DNA of 60,375 nt, counting the filler, from Sarea resinae (taxonomy: Eukaryota), in the NCBI GenBank assembly GCA_026026165.1. It is 2 parts of 2 records of this genome, joined end to end, with 100 filler letters (N's around TTAATTAATTAA, not from the genome) between each part and the next. Parts side by side here need not be neighbours in the genome. Positions count along the whole stretch, not along the records: positions 30,694 to 60,375 come from JAPEUD010000128.1; 1 more part is not named here. The stretch is one strand, 5' to 3'. Under the pieces are notes generated by a model. That model made no database searches and was not told the origin of the DNA. It worked only from the letters and a program-made list of their open reading frames with translations. Shown here piece after piece: positions 50,950-60,375 of this stretch (position 1 is its first letter; every line of letters begins with the position of its first letter). A program made the translations under genes and the position numbers.

Positions 50950-53900
50950 ATGCCTTCTGCAGTGGATAAAACGTTTTTCAAGAAATTGCAAGAGTTCAAG
51001 ACAGACTACTCTCCCAGCATCATCAGCGAATATGAATCCGAGCGATCTGGAATGCGGGTGGTCGTAGTGGACCAAAAAGGCCCCAAGGTCCTAGGTTTTT
51101 TCACTTTAGCTACGGAAATTCATGATGATTCCGGCTCACGTATGTCAGAGAGCCTTGAAGCCCTGTAAATCAGCTGCTGACAAAATTTAGCACATACCCT
51201 GGAGCATCTCATATTCATGGTTCGTTTCGTAACTGCTTCTTTAGTGCAATATAATTCTTAATTCTGGCCGCAGGGATCGAAAAATTACAAGTACAAAGGC
51301 GTGTTAGACAAATTAGCTACCAAGGCCTATTCCGGCACGAATGCTTGGACGGCTACAGATCATACGGCATACACGCTGGATACTGCTGGCTGGGAAGGCT
51401 TTGCTCAAATTGTACGTTCTGTGGTAGATGCTCGAAGAATACGCTAACGATTCTGTATTAGCTTCCAATATATCTTGAGCATGTCCTATTCCCGACTTTG
51501 ACGGATGCAGCGTGCTATACAGAAGTTCATCACATCGACAGCACGGGACACGATGCTGGGTTAGTCAGCACAATCTCCCCTGTAGCCACGTCAAATCTAA
51601 TGAATACCTAGAGTGGTATACTCCGAAATGCAAGGCGTACAGAATACCCAGGGAGAGCTTATGGAATTGGAAGGTAGGCGCTTACTCTATCCTGAAGGCG
51701 TTGGCTTCCGGCACGAGACTGGCGGTATGATGGAGCAATTACGCGTCCTCACTCCGGAGCGGATACGAGAATTCCATCATGAGATGTATCAGCCAAAAAA
51801 CTTGTGCCTGGTCATTGTGGGGGAGGTCGATCACGCCGATCTACTGCAAGTATTAGATAGGTTCGAGGATGGCATTTTAGAAGATATACCAAAGCTTGAT
51901 GCGCCTTTCAAAAGGCCTTGGGTTGAATCGAAGCAACCTCCGCCGCTGCAGAAGTCTATCACAAAGACAATCGAGTTTCCTGAGGAGGACGAATCCTCAG
52001 GCGATATACTCGTTGGGTTCCTTGGGCCTAGCTGCAACGATGCTCTACTTAGTAAGTGCAGACCCTAGCAGATTCTCCCTCACTCTAATGTGCCACAGCT
52101 GCTGCTTTAAATACGTTATCGGTCTACCTATCTGGGTCATCTATATCCGTTCTAGAGAACATTCTCGTGGAGAAGGAACAATTAGCAGCAGCAATTGACA
52201 TGTCATTCGACTTCCGACCTGATATCCTTATTTGGTTTAATCTCAGTAGCGTCGAGACCGAGAAGATGCCTAAGGTCGAGAAGCGGCTTTTCGAGATCTT
52301 GAGGGAGACAGCGTCACAACCGTTTGATATGGGCTACATAAAGGACTGCATTCATCGGCAGAAACGCCAAATCAAGTCTATCGTCGAAGAATCTCCAGAC
52401 TTCTTTCCGGAAGGAATCATCAATGACTTCTTATTTGGTAACAGAGATGGCTCAACTCTGAGAGACCTCGAAACTCTGTCAGAGTATGACACCCTTGAGA
52501 AGTGGACAGACGAAGATTGGCGAGCCTTTCTCCGTAAATGGATTTCAGACGCCAACCATGTGTCGTTATTCGGAAAGCCATCCGCAAAGATGTCCGAGAA
52601 GTTAAAAGCCGATGAAGAGGCTCGGGTGGCCGAGCGCAAGCGTCAACTGGGTGAAGAAGGGTTGAAGCAGCTTGAAACGAAATTGGAAGAAGCGAAAGCT
52701 CAGAACGACAAGGAGATCCCAAAACACATTCTGGACGATTTCCCCGTTCCGAGTACGGATACTGTACACTTTATTCAGACGACGACTGCACGCTCTGGCT
52801 TGGCGAAGAAGATGGGGAAATTGGACAATGAGATCCAGGCTATAGTGGACTCTGACAAGCCTGAACTTCCTCTTTTTATTCATTTTGAGCATGTGCCGAC
52901 CAACTTTGTCCATTTCAATTTGGCTATCTGTACAGCTTCCCTTCCAGAGAAGCTGAGACCTTTGACATCGATCTACATGATGAACTTCTTCAATACCCCC
53001 ATCATGCGGAACGGAGAGAGGATTGAGTTTGAGAATGTCGTCACGGCACTCGAGAAAGACACTGTGGGCTATAGTATCGACAGTGGGAGCGGGCTTGGCA
53101 ACTCGGAATTGCTGCGTATCTCATTCCAGGTCGAACCGGAGAAATACGAAATCGCAATCGAGTGGCTCAAAGAGATGTTAGCGAGCAGTATATTTGATCC
53201 CGTGGTAAGCTCTTTCGGCACCACCGCACCCTCTTGCAAAATCTCACATCAAACAGAGAATAAAAGCCACGATCACGAAGATGCTCGCGGAAATTCCGGA
53301 AGAAAAGCGCAGTGGAAATGAAGTGAGACCCTCCCAAATCTATAGTTGCCCCCACGGCAGCCTCTACTAACGCCCCAAAGATGGCCCTCGCTGTTGACCA
53401 GATGATCCACTACGCCCGCTCATCTACCTCTCGTGCTCGCAATCCGCTTGTGAAAGCCGTATACCTAAAACGAGTCCGCTCCCTCCTGAAAACGGATCCC
53501 GCCGCCGTAGTCTCCCAACTCGAGGCCATTCGGCAATCGCTCTGCAACTTCTCCAACTTCCGTGTCCTCGTCATTGCCAACCTGCACAAACTGCCCCGAC
53601 CTGTGTCACCGTGGAAACGCCTCCTGCAAAATCTCGACACGTCTGTCCCCCTCTCTCCTCTCGACCCTCGCGTCGAGTGCCTTTCTCCAGCCGCCCAATC
53701 TCCTGGTTCCCTCCACTATATCATCCCCATGCCCGCCATTGACTCCTCCTTCGCGGTCCTTACCTCTCGCGGTCCCTCCTCCCGCCACGATCCCGACCTT
53801 CCAACTCTAATGGTGGCAATTGCCTACCTTTCCTCTCTCGAGGGGCCCCTCTGGTGCGCCGTCCGTGGCACAGGCCTCGCATACGGGTCCTTCTTCTCCC

Positions 53901-54481
53901 GCGATACAGACACGGGCATTATCTCCTACCGCATCTACCGCTCCCCAGACGCCTACAAGGCCATCGCGGCAACCAAGTCCATCGTCTCCGATTTCGCGTC
54001 TGGAAAAACGCCCTTTGAGTCTTATGCTCTTGCCGGCGCCGTCAGCTCCATCGTCATGGCGTACGCGGACGAGAAACCCACGATGGCTAGAGCCGCCACC
54101 ATGTCGTTTGTCGACCAGGTCGTTCGAGGCTTGCCCAAGGATTTCAGTGAGTATCTCCTGAAGAAGGTCAGAGAGGTTACCGTCGACCAGATCAGAGATG
54201 TTCTCAATAGGATCGTGATGCCCGTTTTCGATCCCAAGAAGGCGGACCTCGTCGTCACCTGTGCGCCGGTCATGGAGGACACGCTGGTTCGAGATTTCAA
54301 GAAGGATGGATATGCGCCTGAGACTAAGCCGTTGACGTTCTTTCAGGATGGGTATGGTCTTGAGGGTCAGGATGGGGACGAGGAAAACGAGGACGATGAA
54401 GATGATGAAGACGATGATGACGACGACGACGAAGACGACGATGACGATATGGATGATGAGGATGATGATGATGAAGTTTAG
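50950..54481 (+). CDS. M16-family (inverzincin) zinc metallopeptidase with acidic tail, about 8 exons
   Basis: DDSGS|PHTLEHLIFM|GSKNYKYKG (inverted HxxEH), NAWTATDHTAY, GVVYSEMQG, GPLWCAVRGTGLAYG, poly-D/E C-terminus. Confidence 0.92.
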
Positions 54482-54819
54482 AGTCCACACAATACCTGAC
54501 ATAGACATGATCTTTGGCTGCCTTGTCTGAACACAGCACCCGATGTCTCTGGCTATCAGATAAAGCATCTTCAATGCGCATACATAAAATCCTCATGCCA
54601 ATAATGCCCGCTTTTGGGGGCCCTTAAGATTATCTATCCCATGAACTCCCACGCATTCTCCCAGACTCCAAAAGCCATGCATGACCCGGGAAGCGTTTGC
54701 AGCTAGCACAGAGCGCAGAAAATGCTATACATGAACATGCAAATACGCAGATTCAGACCTGGCCGAACCCAAAAAAAAAACCTAAAAAAGGTACAATCCA
54801 GCTATCACGCCTCTGGCCC

Positions 54820-55842
54820 CTAAGTCCCAGCCCCTGTAGCAGCAGCAGCAGCAGCACCTGCACCTGCAACACTAGTCGTAGCATCAGAAGCAGAAGCGGC
54901 AGCACTGGCGGCACTGGCGGCAGCAAGGACCCTCCTCTTCTCCTCGGCCGAAAAGATACTGGCGCCCTGTCTCAGAGCACGCACGAGGACGGGCACGGCG
55001 GCGTCGTCGAAGTCGCCCGCCGCGCGGATGCTGTTCAGGTCGTCGGCGAACTCGGTCGTGGCGAGGCGCATGTAGTAGGCTGAGAATTGGCTCGAGATGT
55101 CGGCTTCGTTTGAGGGGAGGAGGGCTGATGATTTGGTGGGCGACGGTGGTGATGGTGGTGGTGAGGTCTGTGGGGTGCGGATGGGGTTAGGGAGGGCGTG
55201 GAGGGGTGTGAGAGGGGGGGCGGATGCGGAGGCTGAAGGAGAAGTGGGAGGAGGGATGAGAGTGAAGGTGGGATTGGGAGCAGAAGTGGTAGGAATAGAA
55301 GGGGAAGCACAGGCAGAAGGGCAGAAGCAAAAGTGAAAGCAGAAGCAGAAGAACTGGAAATAGAAATGGATGCACCGGCAGGAGGGCAGAAGTAAAAGTG
55401 AAAGTGAAAGCAGAAGCAGTAGCTGAAGCAGGTCGTCTCAGATTGAAAAGCAAAGGAAACATACTTCAGTGGAGGAACTTTCACTCTCTTCACTCTCTTC
55501 GGGGCTTGGCTTTGCCGCCTTTACTGAATCCTTTCGCGGCAGTTTTCCGCCCTGGATAGAAGCATCCTTTGGTCAGTTGAGACTGCTGGGGCTGGCCATG
55601 GCTTCATCTCACCTTTGATTTCGCGGCTGCCTCAACTGATGCACTTCTGACACTCTCGTGCTCGTCACTGCTACTCTCCGATGAAGAGGACACTGGATAG
55701 GAGTAGATTAGCAAGGAAAGACCGATATTTACACCTTCTGACGGTCTGGGGACTTGGAACCCATACCTTCGGTGCGGGCCTTGCGCTTGCGCTGGCGCTT
55801 GGCTGTCGCATCAGCATTGCCGGAGGTAGGAGTTCGTGCCAT
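54820..55842 (-). CDS. RSA3: Ribosome assembly protein 3 (Rsa3)-like, 4 exons (55842-55767, 55692-55613, 55551-55465, 55167-54820)
   Basis: MARTP...KRQRKRKARTEVSSSSESSSDE; C-terminal domain FSAYYMRLATTEFADDLNSIRAAGDFDDAAVPVLVRALRQGASIF; intron phases are consistent. Confidence 0.8.
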
Positions 55843-56143
55843 TGCTTTTCCAAGATGATCCCTTGTGGCGTAAAAGTTCGGACTACAATACTCGATTCTA
55901 GGCTATCTTGGCAGAAACTTGGCTTACGGGCACCAAGTTCTGATATCTGTGGTTGGGAGTAAATTTTGGAAATTTCGACGAAAGTACAGCTACCTAATGT
56001 CTCCGCAAGAGACGGTACTCTTACCGAGTAGCGTGGAGTACTCGTACTTATACTTGCAGAGTTGAGTGGTGCGGATTCGCATAGCTCCAACACCAATATT
56101 TTTTCCTCCTTCAAGCATCTACGATCATGCGAATAAATCGATC

Positions 56144-57131
56144 ATGCTGATTAACAAGGACACAGGTACGCTTCCAGCAAGACTTTTGGAGGATGAATCA
56201 TAATCTTGTGTGACTACAGCAATAAGCACCTCTAAAATCTTGCTGGTGCCCTACAGCGAGTCACACGTGCCAGTCTATCATGAGTGGATGAAGGATGAGG
56301 TAGGTCTTTGCGCAGAATGTCTTCATTATTATCTTCGCTCTCAGATTTATTCTTCACGTCTGTCAAGTTTTAGCAATTTTTTTAAAAGCAGTCCAGATTC
56401 TATTTCTCGGGCACTGCTGATCGTATCAGGATATCCTGGCAGCGACGGCCTCGGAGCCGCTCACCTTCTCGGAAGAACATGCCATGCAACAGAGCTGGAG
56501 AACTGACAGCGATAAATTGACTTTCATTGCTTGTTTGCCTATTTCGTCTTCTGATGCGAGTTCCCGAGAGTCTGAAAGTATCGTTGTGGCCGAGAGCGAC
56601 GATGCTGAAGATCGCATGCTGGGCGATATTAACCTCTTCTTGACCGAAAACGACGAGGAAGAAGAGGAAAAAGAAAAGCCGTCCACGTCCCCAACGGTCG
56701 TTGGCGAATTAGAGCTCATGATCGCATCAAAGCCCCACCAAGGACATGGCTACGGCCGCGCTTCGCTACTTTCGTTTCTCAATTACATCGTCAAGCACGA
56801 GGGGGAGATATTAGCAGAATATAGTGGCCAGCGAGCTCGCCAGGGGACTGATAATCCGGCTGCTAACGTCCCAGAGTATCAGTTTCGATATTTGCGAGTG
56901 AAAGTGGGCCATGAGAATCACAGGAGTATCAACTTGTTCGAGAGTGTGGGGTTCACGAAAGTCAAGGAAGAGCCCAATTTCTTTGGGGAACTGGAGTTGA
57001 GATTGAGCGGACTGGTAGGGAGTAGTCAAGCGCAAGGACAAGGCATGCTCGACGGAATGATGAGTAGATATGGGGTGGCGCAATATGAGGAGATGCTATA
57101 TTCTACTTTGGGTAGCAGAACTTCTGAGTAA
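56144..57131 (+). CDS. GNAT N-acetyltransferase, NAT9-like, 3 exons
   Basis: MLINKDT|AISTSKILLVPYSESHVPVYHEWMKDE|DILAATASEPLT...QQSWRTDSDKLTFI; MLGDINLFL; GELELMIA...GHGYG; SINLFESVGF. Confidence 0.9.
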
Positions 57132-57546
57132 AGGGGAAGCTCATTGTTGCACGTCTACCTCCTGAAGAGCGCTATCGATTTTCACCTTTACAGCCGTGCT
57201 TATCACCCAAATCTCAGCGGACTCAATCATTATCCTTATTCTTGGATCTAAACGGTGATCTAGATTTCTCCTGGACTCTTTAGTTGGTCGAACTTATATA
57301 CCCGGTGTTGTGGCTGGCCTACGCAAATATGTAGTACCTACCTTACCCAAGGCAGCCCTGCGCAGTCTAGGGTCGCAGATCTGGAGATCTGATACGGAAT
57401 AGTGACGACATGGTTATCGGCGATCGTCAACACCAAAACCAAAAACCCCCAGAGTCGTTGAACGAGACATAGTTCTAGGAATTAGGGATGAGACATATGC
57501 AACAAATCTCCGAAACTTATCTCGCCAGCAGATTGCTTCTCTGATC

Positions 57547-59388
57547 ATGAAGCATCTCACGATTGATACCGAGCACACCCAACCGCCTACCCGCGACTAT
57601 CCCACCGCAAAACAACTTCCCAATTCTCTCCCGGGAGCTAAAGAAACGAAAATCCACCCCCGCAATAGTGCAGGAGAGGAGAATGCAAGTCTGTTTTTCG
57701 TCGGCACCGCGACTACTATTTTGTAAGTCGGGTCATATTGCTATATCTAATACATGTCTTCTCCCCTTCGTGCCTAAGAACGAGCGGTATTTAACAGCAA
57801 TATTCTGGGTTGATTTAGGGAATGGCAAGGTCTTCGAATATTGACAGACGTGAGAACGAGTTTCTGGAATGGAGATGTATCGTAGGATAGCATTACTGAT
57901 GGGGAGATAACAGCCCAACTTCTTGCACGCCGGGGACCATGTTCATCTTGGGCCAGGGGTAAGATGATCTTAGATTCCACTATGTTTTTCGTCTCCATTC
58001 TTGCTGGCTCATGCGCTGACGACTTCAATTACAGGTAACGGGCACTCGTCTCACCAACCCGGCCGTTGACCTCCATGACCTTCCCCGTATTGATGTCGTC
58101 CTTCTTTCGCACTACCATGGGCAAGCCTCCACTTCCCCATGAATCCTTTCCCTTTTCCCAGATAAATACAGTCAACGCAATTCGTCCCTCTTCAACATGT
58201 GTCTAACTCCACTTCATCCAGCGATCACTTCGACCAAAAGGTCGAAGCCTCTCTCCGACGCGACCTCCCAATCATAACCACTCCCCACGCACAGTCGCAC
58301 CTCTCGTCCAAAGGACCCGGAGAAGCCTTTCGTGACGTTTACGCACTCGATTTCTTCGAAAGCATGTTCGTCGATATTGTCCCTGGGTACAAGACAAGCG
58401 ACCTGAGAGAGAACATCGAGAGCAAAGCACCAGAGAAGAAACCGAGTGTCAGGGTTACGGGAATGCCGGGGAAGCATGTTCCGCCGGGAGTATTGGGGAC
58501 AGCTAATGACTTGCTGAAGGCGGTATGTTTAATCGTTTACTATTCTCTATTGCTCTCCTCGTGTGCCATATTTCTAGTACCTGTGGCTAGAACGGACGCG
58601 TGCTAATTAGGTCATGGCCACAGGTTCCACCGACGAACGGCTGGATGGTCGAATTAGGCTACGGTCTCAAAGGCGGCAACGATGATGATTTCGAGAGTGC
58701 TTACCGGTGAGCTTTACCTCCGATTCGTCTCTTGCCTGTCCTCTCCTCGCACGCCGGCCCTTCTCACCTTGCTTTCTTTGCCCCTTTGCCCTCTCTCTAT
58801 GCCCTTTACCATAAGTTTAAAATGTTCACCCCTTCTCTCTCATCAAACTAATTCATCCCTCCCCCAGCATTTATATCTCCGGTGACACCCTAATGGTCGA
58901 CGAGCTCAAAGAGATCCCATCCCGCTACTCGACGCCGACGAAAGCAGGCCACCACATAGACCTGATGCTGATCCACCTGGGCGGCACCACCATCCCCTCC
59001 CCCAGCCTGCCGCTCCTGATGGTAACCATGGACGCCAACCAAGGCGTCGAACTACTACGGCTCATCAATCCCGACGTCGCAATTCCCATACATTATGAGT
59101 ACGTCTCTCCTTTCCCCGCTTTCTCCACCTCCCCGCCAATCTCCCAAACATCCCCTACTTTTTCCGCGCCAGTCGCCTCCCAGAAGCCGGGAGCGGGGGC
59201 TGGGGCCCCTTTCTTTTGGTCAGACTATCGAGTACGACGGTATCGAAGGCTGATTCCAACCGTGCAGTGACTACGACGTCTTCCTCTCGCCGCTGTCTGA
59301 TTTCAAGAAGGCGGTCGAGGAGGCGGGACTGGGCGAGAAAATCGTCTATCTTGATCGCAAAGACGAGTATCGCTTTCAGGTGCCGTGA
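57547..59388 (+). CDS. Metallo-beta-lactamase-fold hydrolase, 8 exons
   Basis: LFFVGTATTIL|EWQGLRILTD|PNFLHAGDHVHLGPG|...LLSHYHG|DHFD (HxHxDH), IYISGDT, AIPIHYD|DYDVFLSPL. Confidence 0.9.
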
Positions 59389-59652
59389 GTGATGGCTGCC
59401 TGCGTGAGTATGGATCAGAGACAGTCGTGCTTCTTGGTTGGGAGTCTTGGTTTGAGGGGAGGCGTGTGTTGGGGGGGGTGAAGGGGGGGGGAAAGAATAT
59501 GGAGTCGGTTTTTGGTTCAAGGGGGAAAGGGCTATGAATGGGGAAGATGTGTTTTTGATGGTATTGGCGATTTTGTAGTATCTTTAGTTCTACCTTGCAT
59601 CGTGATGGAATGGCGATTTCATGCGTTCCTTTGGTGTGCGTTTTGCTGTGTG

Positions 59653-59711
<59 letters not shown>

Positions 59712-59730
59712 CCATCATCATCATCACCAT
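59653..59730. repeat. (CAT)n microsatellite
   Basis: About 25 CAT/CAC units; explains the poly-His, poly-Asp and poly-Ser ORFs. Confidence 0.95.
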
Positions 59731-60336
59731 GGACCATCAAATCCAAGTTCCCCGCATTTGTTGAGAAAACTTCATCGGATTTCATTTTCCCGTTCGAGGT
59801 CTTGAGAAAAGAGGCTCGAATCTATGCGCCTAATTGTATACGGACAACACCCCTCCCACTATTCGAGATAGGAGAAAAGAAGAGCGTTGTCCGGTCCATG
59901 CAGAGAAGATCTTGGGGGGATCCGCCATGTATGCGTCTGTCTGTCCCACCATGTCTTGTGTCTTTGTCCCGCCACCGTCGTCGTCCAGCTTCTCCCTTCA
60001 TTCTTCCCACCACCCACCTGACTCCACGACCCATCCGTACTCGAATTCCCCACTGGTTCCTGTGCTACTCCTAGCTACCGCAGCAAATCGATGGACTTGA
60101 TGTCGTCTATGCGATGCGCTTGCCCTTCTGGTTCTTCTTCGGGATGTCGGAGATTTGGAGCCCTGTTTCGTCATGCACGTATTAGCCATCGCGTCCGTAG
60201 ACTCCCCTGTCGCTCGCGGGTGCATCTCCATCTCCATCTTCATCTTCAGCCACTCATCACTTCATCGGCTCTCTGTATCACTTTGACCCCAAATCCCGGC
60301 CTTATCCCTAAACAGACAAACGCGAGAGTGGAGAGA

Positions 60337-60371
60337 GGGGGGGGGGGGGGGGGGGGGGGCGGGGGGGGGGG
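60337..60371. repeat. Poly-G tract
   Basis: G homopolymer with one C interruption at the window end. Confidence 0.9.
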
Positions 60372-60375
60372 AAGG

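Noticed and set aside
24655..57131. Functional cluster of alpha-tubulin, ZW10 and the NAT9-like acetyltransferase (microtubule theme)
   Set aside because: The genes are tens of kb apart, separated by unrelated genes and an artificial contig join

Overview
Gene-dense, intron-rich genomic DNA from a filamentous ascomycete (Pezizomycotina-type GT-AG introns with CTRAC/CTAAT branch sites). It consists of two contigs joined at 30594-30693 by an artificial N-TTAATTAATTAA-N spacer. About 20 protein-coding genes could be reconstructed by hand. Left contig: an uncharacterised conserved protein, Rab11/Ypt31, a chromodomain protein, EMC7, a solitary cytochrome P450, a WWM1-like WW protein, EDE1, spermidine synthase, alpha-tubulin and a Pga1-like protein. 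Right contig: HNT1, an F-box-like orphan, POL31, an SLC12/Vhc1 cation-chloride cotransporter, an Avt3-like transporter, TOM22, ZW10/Dsl1, an M16 metallopeptidase, RSA3, a NAT9-like GNAT and a metallo-beta-lactamase-fold protein. There are two AT/TpA-rich RIP-like tracts and many microsatellites. No tRNA, rRNA, CRISPR array or intact transposon was seen. The content is mostly housekeeping. The best leads for something undescribed are (i) an oversized, apparently structured and possibly pseudoknotted intron with tandem 5' splice sites in spermidine synthase, (ii) a recurring TACTCCGGAGTA palindrome in divergent promoters, (iii) hairpins in a TOM22 intron and (iv) a possible unannotated small secreted Kex2-processed peptide gene upstream of the P450. 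All exon boundaries and pairings were read by eye and nothing was searched or computed.
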